Shown: positions 1 through 9,042, counted from the first letter of the stretch. The stretch: 35,033 nt of DNA from Parcubacteria group bacterium GW2011_GWA2_37_10 (GCA_000992015.1 LBSQ01000004.1:1-35033), one strand, 5' to 3'. Program-made: numbers and translations. Notes: a model not told the origin generated them from the letters alone.

Positions 1-896
1 TTTCTTTGGGAATTACAATTGAGGATAGGTTAGTAAGCATAGCGAGGTTGGCAACGGAAAAATTTAGCGCGCAAACAGCCGATATTTCAAAATTACAAAT
101 GAGGGACGAGGATACAGGCGAAATTTATTGTGTTTTGATAAAAGCCGGAGAGTTGATAAAAACAAAGGGCGAGTGCGGCTCAACTGTTGTTTTAACAACA
201 GGGCAGTTGACACAAACAACTGAACAGACTCAGCAAGTCGTTAATCAAGCCCAACAGGTTGTCCAGCAGGCTCAACGGGCGGCAAATAATGCTTTAGAAA
301 CAACAGAAAATGCTAAACAGGCAGTTGATGAAAGAGTTCAAGAGGTAATACAACAAGCGGCCGAAACTGCCAATAAAACAGCCAAAGAAGCGGTTTCTAA
401 TGCAAAAGAAGAAATAAAACAGGAAATTAAGCAGGAGATTAAACAAGAACAGGCAGAAACTAATAATCAAGCGCCCGGAAACATAAACAGCAATACGGCA
501 AGCCCTGCGCTAGAAAATCTGCCCGAAGCCCAATCTGCGCCGGTTACGCAAATTGAGCCGCCACCGACCGAATCTAATACTAATACTCAGACCTTAACTC
601 CTAAATCCCAAGAAGAACAGCCGTCACCCGCTTCATCTGGAACTATGATAAGAAATGCGGCGGCAGGACTGGTAAAATCAATGTGGGAGTTTGCGAAATG
701 GATTTTTAGAGTACCTTTTAAAAAAGTGTCAGAATTATTGCCCGAGAGCGCCAAGGAATCAAGCGCCGCATTAATGCAAAAAACAGGTGATTTTGTTGAA
801 AAGGCGTTAAATACGGATTTTAAAACGATGTCATCAGGCATCAAATCAATCGCCGACGCGGTGTTTTATCCTGCGCAAAAAATATTTAGAAAATAA
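1..896 (+). CDS. hypothetical Gln/Lys/Glu-rich coiled-coil protein, C-terminal part (5' end outside the window)
   Basis: The frame is open to the window edge; the track start at 6 is only the first in-frame TTG. Low-complexity QQVV and EIKQEIKQEIKQ repeats, a Pro/Thr-rich linker, stop TAA at 894-896. No catalytic motif recognised. Confidence 0.6.
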   Translation, partial: SLGITIEDRLVSIARLATEKFSAQTADISKLQMRDEDTGEIYCVLIKAGELIKTKGECGSTVVLTTGQLTQTTEQTQQVVNQAQQVVQQAQRAANNALETTENAKQAVDERVQEVIQQAAETANKTAKEAVSNAKEEIKQEIKQEIKQEQAETNNQAPGNINSNTASPALENLPEAQSAPVTQIEPPPTESNTNTQTLTPKSQEEQPSPASSGTMIRNAAAGLVKSMWEFAKWIFRVPFKKVSELLPESAKESSAALMQKTGDFVEKALNTDFKTMSSGIKSIADAVFYPAQKIFRK

Positions 897-917
897 AATA
901 ATATTAACAAATTATTT

Positions 918-3068
918 ATGTTAAAAGAAACATCGCTTACAGTAAAAATTTGCGGCTGGATAACAAAATATAGTATTTACGTTTTAGTATTCCTGATGCC
1001 GATTTTGTTTTTGCCGTGGACATCAGAGGTTCTTGATTTTAACAAACAAGCACTGCTGATTTGCTTGGCTTTTATTTCATTTTTTAGCTGGATGTTAAAA
1101 GTTTTAATTTCCGGAGAGTTTAAAGTGAATATAAACAAAGTTCATATATTTTTAATAATTTTATTTCTGGCTTATTTGTTGTCAACCGTTTTTTCAATTG
1201 ACAGGTACGGCAGTTTCTGGGGCTGGCCGCGCGTTACTTCAGACAGTCTGTTGTCAGTAATTGGCCTGGTTATTTTTTATTTTGTAGCGAGCAATGTTTT
1301 TTCAAAGAAAGAGATTACAGCGTCGGTTTATATATTTTCGGTTTCAGCCTTAATTGCTGAGATATTCGGAGTTTTGCAGTTTTTTGGATTATTTATCGTT
1401 CCGCTGGGTTTTACTAAAAATGTTGCTTTCAACACAATAGGAAGCGCGGGAGGGTTGGGTATTTTTGCCGCAACATTGCTTCCATTGACAATTGTTTTAT
1501 TGATTAGCGCAAGAAAGTGGTCAAAACTGCTGTTTGCCGCAGAAATATTTTTTTCAGCGGCGATATTGTTATTAATTAATTTTTCCATGGTTTGGTGGAC
1601 AGTTGTTTTTGGAACCGCCCTGCTTATGATATGCGGGCTTTTCAAAAGAGACCTTTTTGACGGACGATGGATGGCTCTGCCGATGTTTTTTATGGCAGTA
1701 TCCCTGTTTTTTATAATTTTAAATCCCCAAATAAATTGGCTTCCGCAAAAAATAAATGAAGTTTCCTTGTCAAAGGATGCTAATTTTCAAATAGATATCC
1801 AAATCTTTAAGGAAAAGCCGGTTTTTGGATCGGGGCCCGGAACATTTTCCTACAATTTTTCAAAGTTTAAAAGTCCGGATTTTAGTAAGACAGCTCTGTG
1901 GGAAGCGGTTTTTAATAACGGAAATTCAAAAATTATGACAAGTCTGGCGACTGTCGGAGGATTTGGTATTTTGGCTTTCTTGGCATTGTCTGCCGCGATT
2001 ATTTTTTATGCCGGAAAATTTCTTTTTGTTAATAAAAACGATTCAGGCCAGGATATATTTTATTCTATTTTGGGTCTGGGGTTGTTTATTTCTTTAGTCA
2101 CAGAAATTGCATCATATTTTTTGCACAATTCAAACCTCTCTTTGGATTTCTTATTATTCTTTTTAATGGCGGTTTTGGTGGGTTTAATTTTCGGTGAAAG
2201 AAAAGAATATGATTTAAAGCCGTCTTCATTATTAACTCTGTTCGTTACCTTCACTTTTACGTTGGTTTTTATTTTCGGATTGGGACTTTTAATTTTAGGC
2301 GGTCAGAGATATGCCGCAGAAGTAAGCTACTATAATAGCTTGAATGCCCTGCAATCTGGCAGATTGGACGACGGAATCAAAAACCTAGAGAACGCCGCCT
2401 CTGCAAATTCAAACGTTGATTTGTATTTTAGGCAATTATCTCAGGTTTATCTTTTGAAGGCGCAAGATGTGTTATCAGATAAAAGCAAATCTCAAGGCGA
2501 CAAAACGAATACAATCCAGGTTTTAGTTTCAAATTCCATAAATGCGGCAAAAATAGCGACTGATTTAAATCCGAAAACCGCTGGTAATTGGCTGGTCAGA
2601 GGATATATTTACCAGAATTTAAATGGTTTGATAAGCGATTCTTCAACATGGGCGATAAATTCATATAATGAAGCTTTAAAATTAGATCCTAACAATCCTT
2701 ACTCTCTAACTCAGTTGGGAGTTATTTATTATCAGAATAAAGATTATCAAAACGCAAAAACAAATTTAGACCAAGCTCTAAATTTGAAGCCCGATTATTC
2801 CAACGGATTATATTTTTCCGGATTGGTATTTGATCAGCTTGGCCAAAAAGCCAAAGCTATCGAACAATTTACTGTATTATCTAAATTAAATCCCGCCAGC
2901 TCGATAGACATACAAAAAATTATTGATAATCTAACGGCCGGCAACGGCGCGTTAGACGGTTTAGTTCAGCAAACCCCGACGCCCGAAACTCCGGAAACGT
3001 TAGCGCCAAACCAAAACACAAATCCGCAGACAATACCCAAAACCGAAGCCCAGCCAATAAAAAAATAA
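918..3068 (+). CDS. polytopic membrane protein, O-antigen ligase (Wzy_C)-like core with C-terminal TPR repeats
   Basis: About 12 hydrophobic helices and a GSGPGTF loop typical of O-antigen ligase-like proteins. The C-terminal part has about 3-4 TPR-like units (ALKLDPNNPYSLTQLGVIYYQNKDYQNAKTNLDQALNLKPDY...). Confidence 0.65.
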   Translation: MLKETSLTVKICGWITKYSIYVLVFLMPILFLPWTSEVLDFNKQALLICLAFISFFSWMLKVLISGEFKVNINKVHIFLIILFLAYLLSTVFSIDRYGSFWGWPRVTSDSLLSVIGLVIFYFVASNVFSKKEITASVYIFSVSALIAEIFGVLQFFGLFIVPLGFTKNVAFNTIGSAGGLGIFAATLLPLTIVLLISARKWSKLLFAAEIFFSAAILLLINFSMVWWTVVFGTALLMICGLFKRDLFDGRWMALPMFFMAVSLFFIILNPQINWLPQKINEVSLSKDANFQIDIQIFKEKPVFGSGPGTFSYNFSKFKSPDFSKTALWEAVFNNGNSKIMTSLATVGGFGILAFLALSAAIIFYAGKFLFVNKNDSGQDIFYSILGLGLFISLVTEIASYFLHNSNLSLDFLLFFLMAVLVGLIFGERKEYDLKPSSLLTLFVTFTFTLVFIFGLGLLILGGQRYAAEVSYYNSLNALQSGRLDDGIKNLENAASANSNVDLYFRQLSQVYLLKAQDVLSDKSKSQGDKTNTIQVLVSNSINAAKIATDLNPKTAGNWLVRGYIYQNLNGLISDSSTWAINSYNEALKLDPNNPYSLTQLGVIYYQNKDYQNAKTNLDQALNLKPDYSNGLYFSGLVFDQLGQKAKAIEQFTVLSKLNPASSIDIQKIIDNLTAGNGALDGLVQQTPTPETPETLAPNQNTNPQTIPKTEAQPIKK

Positions 3069-3093
3069 ATTAATTTCCGCAACAATTTTAGGG

Positions 3094-5148
3094 TTGCAAA
3101 ATAAATTGGAAAAACAGTCTTTATTTTTAATTATTTTTCTTACGGTGTTTCTTGCTTTTTTTTCAGCTGAAGCAGTCTTGGCTGCTACGGGGACTATAAG
3201 CAGTTCTTACAAATATGCGTGGGGAAATTCCTCTGGCTGGATAAATTTTAAACCAACCAATGGAAATGTTTCCATTACCGATAATGCTCTGACCGGTTAT
3301 GTCTGGAGTGAAGTTTACGGTTGGATAAATTTGAATCCAGCAGGCAGCGGGATAAAAAATACCGCATCGGGCGTGCTTTCTGGATCTGCCTGGGGTCAAA
3401 ATACCGGCTGGATAAATTTTAGCGGAGTAACTATAAATTGTTCAGGAAGATTTGTCGGTACCGCTACAGGAGACGTTGTCGGCACAATTATTTTTGATTG
3501 CTCAAATTGCAATGTTACAACTGACTGGCGTCCAAGTTCTGGTTGCGGGGGAGGCGGGGGCCCGCCCCCGCCGCCTCCGCCGCCAGATTCGCACAATGAA
3601 TGCAATGCTCAAAAGCAGTGCGTTGCAGTAAGCGGGTCGGGAACCAGTCAATGCGCCAATGGCAATGATTGTAGCGCCCCAAAACATAACGAATGCAATG
3701 CCCAGAAACAGTGCGTTGCGATAGACGGAGAGGGCGATGAACAATGTCAAACAGATGTTGATTGCGCCCTTACGCACAGTGAGTGCAATAATAACGAGCA
3801 GTGTATATTTGTGTCGGGTTTCGGCTTAAACCAATGCGCAACAGACGTTGATTGCGGGCCCACTTACAATATTTGCAGTTCAATGCAGTGCGTTATTGCG
3901 CAGGGAATTGGCGCTGATCAATGCCAAAAAAATGAAGATTGTGTTTTTGAAATTTCGCCTGAATCTCCGCCAGTATTGCCCCTGGAAATTCCCCCAGTAA
4001 TACCGCCTGAAAATTCTCCGGTAATACCACCAACAACACCTCCTGCATTGCCACCCGGGAACACAGGAATAATAAATACATCTGTAAAAGCAATTGAAAA
4101 TATAACACAAACAGTAAATAAACAAATTCAGCAAACCATACAAGCCTCAGCAGAAACAGCAAAAGTTGTAACAAAAAATATTCAAAAAGCAATTGAAACC
4201 AAGCAGGGTTCTCTGATAACCAAAACAGTTTCAACCGTTGGAGCTGTAGCGGCAACTGCAGAAGTTGCAATAGCGATTGTTTTTTCTCCAATGGAAATAT
4301 TTTTGTTTATTTTTAGGTTGTCGGGCATTCTTTTGACTTCACTTGGTTTAAAAAGAAGAATCAAGCCTTGGGGAGTGGTTTATGATTCCGTCACAAAACA
4401 GCCGTTGGACCCAGCATATGTTGTTTTAAATGACCCCCAAGGAAAAGTTATTTCCTCTGCAATAACAGATATAGACGGCCGGTATGGTTTTTTAGAGCCT
4501 TCGGGAACTTACCAAATATCTGTCAATAAAACAAATTACGTCTTTCCGTCGCAAAAACTTGCCGGCAAAATAAACGACGAACTTTATAACGACCTTTATT
4601 TCGGAGAAAACATAGATATAGAACAAGGCGGGGAAACCATTACAAAAAATATTCCTATGGACCCTCTGAGGTTTGACTGGAATGAGTTTGCAAAGCGGGA
4701 CAAAAAATTAATGAATTTTTATTCGCGAGCGGATATAGCCCTAAGACGAATTTTTGATTTATTTTTTATAGTTGGGTTTGTGGTGGCTATTATAGCTTAC
4801 TTTGCCGCCCCTTACCCATACAACCTTATTATATTGACAGTTTATTTAATATTGCTTTTGTTAAGAACAATAGGCGTAAAGCCAAAAGCATACGGCAGAA
4901 TATTTAGCAGCGCTAACGGCAACCCTGTGTCCTTCGCTATTTTAAGAATAGTGATGCCTGATTCAAATGTGGAAGTCGCCCATAAAGTTGCAGATAAATA
5001 CGGAAGATATTATTGCTTGGTTCCAAAAGGAAAGTATTTTATAAAAATAGAAAAAAAGAACGATGACGGATCTTATTCTTTGGTTTATACTTCTTCCGTA
5101 ATTGACGCGTCTAAAAAAGGAATTATTAAAAACACTTTCCGGATATAA
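3094..5148 (+). CDS. large secreted/membrane-anchored surface protein (GWINF repeats, Cys-rich repeats, carboxypeptidase-regulatory-like domains)
   Basis: Signal-peptide-like N-terminus. Three SGWINF / YGWINL / TGWINF repeats, a G5P8 linker, four Cys-rich repeats of about 30 aa, a PPV/IPP spacer, TM helices and two beta-sandwich-like segments (DGRYGF..., KYGRYYCLVPKGKY). The start is TTG and uncertain. Confidence 0.6.
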   Translation: MQNKLEKQSLFLIIFLTVFLAFFSAEAVLAATGTISSSYKYAWGNSSGWINFKPTNGNVSITDNALTGYVWSEVYGWINLNPAGSGIKNTASGVLSGSAWGQNTGWINFSGVTINCSGRFVGTATGDVVGTIIFDCSNCNVTTDWRPSSGCGGGGGPPPPPPPPDSHNECNAQKQCVAVSGSGTSQCANGNDCSAPKHNECNAQKQCVAIDGEGDEQCQTDVDCALTHSECNNNEQCIFVSGFGLNQCATDVDCGPTYNICSSMQCVIAQGIGADQCQKNEDCVFEISPESPPVLPLEIPPVIPPENSPVIPPTTPPALPPGNTGIINTSVKAIENITQTVNKQIQQTIQASAETAKVVTKNIQKAIETKQGSLITKTVSTVGAVAATAEVAIAIVFSPMEIFLFIFRLSGILLTSLGLKRRIKPWGVVYDSVTKQPLDPAYVVLNDPQGKVISSAITDIDGRYGFLEPSGTYQISVNKTNYVFPSQKLAGKINDELYNDLYFGENIDIEQGGETITKNIPMDPLRFDWNEFAKRDKKLMNFYSRADIALRRIFDLFFIVGFVVAIIAYFAAPYPYNLIILTVYLILLLLRTIGVKPKAYGRIFSSANGNPVSFAILRIVMPDSNVEVAHKVADKYGRYYCLVPKGKYFIKIEKKNDDGSYSLVYTSSVIDASKKGIIKNTFRI
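3592..3942 (+). repeat. four tandem coding repeats (about 90 nt each) for a 4-Cys module, HNECNAQKQCVxxxGxGxxQCxxxxDC
   Basis: The first two units are near-identical at DNA level (cacaatgaatgcaatgctcaaaagcagtgcgttgc / cataacgaatgcaatgcccagaaacagtgcgttgc). Units 3 and 4 have diverged. Confidence 0.7.
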
Positions 5149-5164
5149 TTTGAAATTTAAAACA

Positions 5165-6502
5165 ATGTTTCGCGCTCTAAAAATTATTTACAATATCATA
5201 GCGGTGGTTCTCATCAACGTGTTTTTGATTTTTTTGACGGTTATAAACTTTTGGCTGTTTGCCAACGGCGAAGCAAAATTGATTTATATAATTATAGTTA
5301 TTTTTTCAATCGTCATATTTTTTACCGGCAGTTTTTTTATCATAAAAATAAACGGCCTCAAAAGAGAAAAAACAGCGCTGGTTAGGCTTTTGGAAAAAAA
5401 TGAGGAAAAATTAAAAATTTCGGAAATAGAAAAAAATATAATCTCTGAAGTTTTTTTTAATATCGGCGAAGGCATTTTAGTCATTGGTGGAAACGGGAAA
5501 ATTTTAATGATAAACCCGAAAGCTAAAAAGATTTTGGGTATAAAAGAGAAAGACATCAAAGGTTTGCCGGTCATAGATTTGGCGCGCCTGCCCGATATAC
5601 AGCCGATTGCGCCTTATTTATTATCTCAAAACATTGTTTTTAGGAAAGAGATAAAATTAAAATATTTTATTGCCGAGCTTTCCGTAATGCCGATATTTTT
5701 TGACTCAAGCCACGATGATTATAAAAAGGACGTTAATTTTCAACCAGAAAAAAATATGGGGAAATTGATAATTTTACGCGATATAACCCGCGAAAGTTCA
5801 TTGGAAAAAATAAAAAATGATTTTATCCTTTCAGCCGTTCACCAGTTAAAAACATCCGTAGCTTCGGTAAAGTGGTCGGTAAAAATGTTTTTGTCCGGAG
5901 ATTTCGGAAAAATTAGCAAAGAACAAAAAGATGTTGCCAAGAGGCTTTATGAAAGGAACGATGCGCTGATTTTTCTAATTGATAATTTATTGGATGCGGC
6001 GAAAATAGAAGACGGAGCATTTTTTTATAAAAAAACCTTAATTGACGTTCAGGATATTGTTGAATCTGCGATAATCTTTTTTCAGGATAAAATTAAAGGC
6101 AAGGAGATTAAAGTTAAATTTGAAAAGCCCTTGCAAAGATTGCCCAAAATAATAGTAGATAAGGAAAAAATAAGGTCCGTAATCCAGAATCTTTTTGACA
6201 ACGCTTTAAAATATACAAATGTCTGCGGGAGTATAAACGTTTTTTTGAAAAGTGACCAAAATAGCATAAAGTTTCAGATAAAAGATTCGGGCATAGGAAT
6301 TCCCATGGAACAACAGTCAAAAATTTTTAATAAATTTTTTAGAGCCGCCAATGCAAATAATATAGAAACTAACGGTTCTGGCCTCGGTCTGTTTATTGCA
6401 AAAAAAATTATTGAAGACCACGGCGGCAGTATTTGGTTTGAATCAGAAGAAAGCAAGGGAAGCGCCTTTTTCTTTACTTTGCCAATAGAAATGGTAGAAT
6501 GA
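5165..6502 (+). CDS. sensor histidine kinase (2 TM, PAS-like, HisKA, HATPase_c)
   Basis: H-box SAVHQLKTS, N-box DNALKYT, G-boxes DSGIGIP and GSGLGLFIAKKIIEDHGG. Start moved from track position 5102 to the first ATG (5165), because 5102 overlaps the upstream gene. Confidence 0.85.
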   Translation: MFRALKIIYNIIAVVLINVFLIFLTVINFWLFANGEAKLIYIIIVIFSIVIFFTGSFFIIKINGLKREKTALVRLLEKNEEKLKISEIEKNIISEVFFNIGEGILVIGGNGKILMINPKAKKILGIKEKDIKGLPVIDLARLPDIQPIAPYLLSQNIVFRKEIKLKYFIAELSVMPIFFDSSHDDYKKDVNFQPEKNMGKLIILRDITRESSLEKIKNDFILSAVHQLKTSVASVKWSVKMFLSGDFGKISKEQKDVAKRLYERNDALIFLIDNLLDAAKIEDGAFFYKKTLIDVQDIVESAIIFFQDKIKGKEIKVKFEKPLQRLPKIIVDKEKIRSVIQNLFDNALKYTNVCGSINVFLKSDQNSIKFQIKDSGIGIPMEQQSKIFNKFFRAANANNIETNGSGLGLFIAKKIIEDHGGSIWFESEESKGSAFFFTLPIEMVE

Positions 6503-6531
6503 TAAAATAGAATTATTATAATTTTAAAATT

Positions 6532-6900
6532 ATGCCAAAGAATGTTTTAATCATTGAAGACGACGAATTTTTAAGAGGTTTGATAAACAAAAAACTTACC
6601 GCAGAGGGCTTTAATATGATTTCTGCAATTGACGGGGAAGAAGGAATAAAAAAAGCCAAAGAAGAAAAACCGGATTTGATTTTGCTTGATTTGGTTCTGC
6701 CTAATGTTGACGGTTTTGAAGTTCTGTCAAAAATAAAAGAAGACCCAGTTTCCTCGTCAATTCCCGTGATTATTTTATCCAATCTTAGCCAGAAGGAGGA
6801 CATAGATAAAGGAGTAAAATTGGGAGCAGTTGACTATATTATCAAGGCGCAATTTACTCCGGAAGAAATTGTTGACAAAGTAAAAGCCATTCTGAAATAA
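6532..6900 (+). CDS. single-domain response regulator (CheY-like receiver)
   Basis: IIEDDEF acidic pocket, phospho-acceptor LLDLVLP, PVIILSN, conserved K in DYIIKAQ. No output domain. Confidence 0.9.
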   Translation: MPKNVLIIEDDEFLRGLINKKLTAEGFNMISAIDGEEGIKKAKEEKPDLILLDLVLPNVDGFEVLSKIKEDPVSSSIPVIILSNLSQKEDIDKGVKLGAVDYIIKAQFTPEEIVDKVKAILK

Positions 6901-6906
6901 ATAAAT

Positions 6907-6932
6907 AAAAAAACGCCGAAAGGCGTTTTTTT
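6907..6932. terminator. bidirectional rho-independent terminator
   Basis: aaaaaaACGCCgaaaGGCGTttttttt: GC stem flanked by an A-run and a T-run, between the receiver gene (+) and tRNA-Pro (-). Confidence 0.75.
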
Positions 6933-6936
6933 ATTG

Positions 6937-7007
6937 TCGGGGAAGGGAGAATCGAACTCCCACCATGCGCACCCCATGCGCATATCCTGCCGTTGGACCA
7001 TTCCCCG
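6937..7007 (-). tRNA. tRNA-Pro (anticodon GGG)
   Basis: The reverse complement folds as a cloverleaf: acceptor CGGGGAA/TTCCCCG, D stem GTCC/GGAT, anticodon stem TGCGC/GCGCA with loop AUGGGGU (U33, GGG, G37), T arm GGGAG-TTCGATT-CTCCC, discriminator A. CCA is not encoded. Confidence 0.85.
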
Positions 7008-7046
7008 TTTATTTTATATTACACCAAACCCCAAAAAAATAAACAC

Positions 7047-7075
7047 TTGTAATTATTTTGCGATGGGGCTATTAT
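7047..7075 (+). promoter_or_regulatory. candidate sigma70-type promoter of cassette A
   Basis: TTGTAA - 17 nt - TATTAT, about 40 nt upstream of the ATG at 7115. Confidence 0.4.
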
Positions 7076-7114
7076 CTACTTGGAAATCAGAACTTTGAAA
7101 AGGAGACGCGAAAT

Positions 7115-7330
7115 ATGGTGGCTTATGCAAGGCGGGGAAAACTGGGAGGACAAAAAGTACCAGACAATATTGAAGTTTGTTGGGATGCTGTTTTTCCGGC
7201 TGAGGCCAAAAGTTGGCTTGAGAACAACTACGGATTTAAAGTTCAAGTCGTTGACGGCGAAATAGTTGTGCCGCTATTATGTGAATCCGACTGCCAAGAT
7301 TTAGTCTCGCGATGGAATGAAAGAAACTAA
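7115..7330 (+). CDS. small hypothetical protein (71 aa), GC-rich cassette A
   Basis: AAGGAG at 7100-7105, 9 nt before the ATG. Noticeably higher GC than the flanks, and followed by a terminator. The track ORF 7058-7330 is trimmed to the SD-preceded ATG. Confidence 0.6.
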   Translation: MVAYARRGKLGGQKVPDNIEVCWDAVFPAEAKSWLENNYGFKVQVVDGEIVVPLLCESDCQDLVSRWNERN

Positions 7331-7363
7331 AGCGGCGTTTCAGCCGAAAAAACAGACACCTTA

Positions 7364-7390
7364 CCACTGATTTCGGTCAGTGGTTTTTTT
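7364..7390 (+). terminator. rho-independent terminator of cassette A
   Basis: CCACTGAtttcgGTCAGTGG followed by TTTTTTT. Confidence 0.75.
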
Positions 7391-7438
7391 CTGTCAGAAA
7401 ATAAGCTATCACAAAGAAAAATATAATTGTCAAATTTA

Positions 7439-7484
7439 AATCTCTGACCTTGTGGCTACGATCGTGAGTACAAGGTCAGAGATT
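7439..7484. terminator. 15-bp perfect inverted repeat (hairpin), possible second or bidirectional terminator
   Basis: AATCTCTGACCTTGT - 16 nt - ACAAGGTCAGAGATT, followed by TTATTT. Confidence 0.4.
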
Positions 7485-7511
7485 TTATTTACTTCTTTGT
7501 AGAAATTAAAA

Positions 7512-7541
7512 ACAGTACCGTGGACTGGTCCACGGTACTGT
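7512..7541 (-). terminator. rho-independent terminator of rpmB
   Basis: ACAGTACCGTGGAC tg GTCCACGGTACTGT. On the minus strand it is followed by TTTTAATTT, and it lies 22 nt past the rpmB stop. Confidence 0.7.
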
Positions 7542-7562
7542 GAAACTTTTATTAGTCGGTTT

Positions 7563-7766
7563 TTATACTTTGGATAAGCGTTTAATGCACTTGGCACAAG
7601 CGAGAACTCTTTTGCCTGAAGGCCTGCCTGCGCAGGCAGGCAAACGGACCCATTGCAAATTCGGGTATTTTCTTACTTTAGAAGTTGGGTTGTATTTTCC
7701 TCTTAATTTAACAAGGGTGACTCCCATTGCTGAATGTTTTTTGCAAATTGAACAAATTTTTTCCAT
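7563..7766 (-). CDS. rpmB: 50S ribosomal protein bL28
   Basis: CSICKK...PNLQWVRL...GKRVLACAKCIK matches the bL28 pattern. Contains an extra PACAGRPS segment encoded by a 20-nt palindrome. Confidence 0.85.
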   Translation of the reverse strand: MEKICSICKKHSAMGVTLVKLRGKYNPTSKVRKYPNLQWVRLPACAGRPSGKRVLACAKCIKRLSKV

Positions 7767-7876
7767 AGAGTATAAAATTGAAATTTAATAAATTTATGCT
7801 AACATTATATTTATTTTTTTGCAAGAATCTGTAATATGGTGTAATATAATAGAAGTTCATTCGTCATCAATTTAAC

Positions 7877-8521
7877 ATGTTTACTTTTGATATTATTTTA
7901 ATTTTCCAATTAATTATTCTAATTTTTTCTGTTATGATACATGAAATCGCGCATGGAAGCGTGGCTTATTCTTTGGGCGACCCGACAGCAAAAAACGAAG
8001 GAAGATTAACGTTAAATCCACTTAAACATATAGATGTTTTCGGTTCAATTATCTTGCCTCTTCTATTATTAGTCAGTTCTTTTGTATTGGGCGGCGGAGG
8101 CATAATTTTTGGTTGGGCAAAACCGGTGCCAATAAATCCTTACAATTTTAAAGATAGAAAATGGGGTTCGCTAAAGGTTGCGATTGCCGGTCCCGCAACT
8201 AATTTTGGCGTGGCGATATTTTTTGGGTTGATGATAAGATTTCTAAACTTGCCCGTTCAAACAAATTTTTTCCAATTTATCAGTATTATAGTAATTTATA
8301 ATTTTTCTCTTGGCATATTCAATTTACTTCCTATACCTCCGCTTGACGGGTCGCATATACTTTTCAGTATTTTACAGGTTCGTTCTCAAAAGGTAGTTAT
8401 GTTTTTCCAGCAATACGGCCTTCTGATACTGATATTTGTTCTTTTTTCCGGCGGTTTTTATTTTTTGAATAATATTATAGGTTGGTTTTTTTATTTAGTA
8501 ACAGGCGTAAATTTGTTTTAA
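7877..8521 (+). CDS. site-2 protease family (peptidase M50) membrane metalloprotease
   Basis: HEIAHG zinc motif in TM1, RLTLNPLKHID, a second motif NLLPIPPLDGSH, multiple TM helices. Confidence 0.85.
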   Translation: MFTFDIILIFQLIILIFSVMIHEIAHGSVAYSLGDPTAKNEGRLTLNPLKHIDVFGSIILPLLLLVSSFVLGGGGIIFGWAKPVPINPYNFKDRKWGSLKVAIAGPATNFGVAIFFGLMIRFLNLPVQTNFFQFISIIVIYNFSLGIFNLLPIPPLDGSHILFSILQVRSQKVVMFFQQYGLLILIFVLFSGGFYFLNNIIGWFFYLVTGVNLF

Positions 8522-8545
8522 GTCGGTTTTTACAGATGAAAAATG

Positions 8546-8574
8546 TTGACTTCGTTACTTTAATTTGCTAACAT
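8546..8574 (+). promoter_or_regulatory. candidate promoter of rpsL-rpsG
   Basis: TTGACT - 17 nt - TAACAT. The spacer ends in tgc, which gives an extended -10 (TGc). Confidence 0.5.
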
Positions 8575-8614
8575 AATCAGTATTAGGCGCCGAGCGCTTA
8601 TATTTTTTATTTTT

Positions 8615-9028
8615 ATGTGCCCAACAATACATCAGTTAATTAAGAAAAATAGAAAGAATATAAAAAAACGTAAAAAGACAGTTGCGTTGCAGTTTGGTTT
8701 CAACGTTTTAAAAAATAGGCCTTCATATTATTCCTCTCCGTTTAAAAGGGGAGTTTGCACAAAGGTTTTTACACAAACTCCCAAAAAACCAAACTCTGCT
8801 TTAAGAAAAGTTGCCCGTGTTAAATTATCAAATGGAATGGAGGTTACAGCTTATATCCCGGGAGTCGGTCACAATTTACAGGAACACTCGGTCGTATTGA
8901 TAAGGGGCGGAAGGGTTAAAGATTTGCCCGGGGTAAGGTATCATATTGTAAGGGGAGTTTTAGACACTGCCGGAGTTGAGGGCAGAAAACAGGAGAGAAG
9001 CAAATACGGAGCCAAAAAAGCTAAATAA
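8615..9028 (+). CDS. rpsL: 30S ribosomal protein uS12
   Basis: [40 protein letters not shown]. Confidence 0.95.
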   Translation: MCPTIHQLIKKNRKNIKKRKKTVALQFGFNVLKNRPSYYSSPFKRGVCTKVFTQTPKKPNSALRKVARVKLSNGMEVTAYIPGVGHNLQEHSVVLIRGGRVKDLPGVRYHIVRGVLDTAGVEGRKQERSKYGAKKAK

Positions 9029-9042
9029 TTTGAAAATTCACG

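Noticed and set aside
3541-3590. GC-rich near-palindrome GGGGGAGGCGGGGGCCCGCCCCCGCCGCCTCC as a regulatory hairpin or phase-variation tract
   Set aside because: It is the coding sequence for Gly5-Pro8. GGN and CCN codons are reverse complements, so self-complementarity (and the mirror ORF on the other strand) follows trivially. Slippage in the G5/C5 runs is possible but unsupported.
5102-5164. Upstream extensions of track ORFs (kinase 5102, rplC 15376, rplV 19098, rplF 22933)
   Set aside because: They overlap the preceding gene or add residues before canonical, highly conserved N-termini (MKFILGQKIGM for uL3, [12 protein letters not shown] for uL6).
7540-7788. 82-aa plus-strand ORF (and 7080-7265 in an alternative frame of cassette A)
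   Set aside because: 7540-7788 is the antisense shadow of rpmB. 7080-7265 is an out-of-frame overlap with the SD-preceded cassette A ORF.
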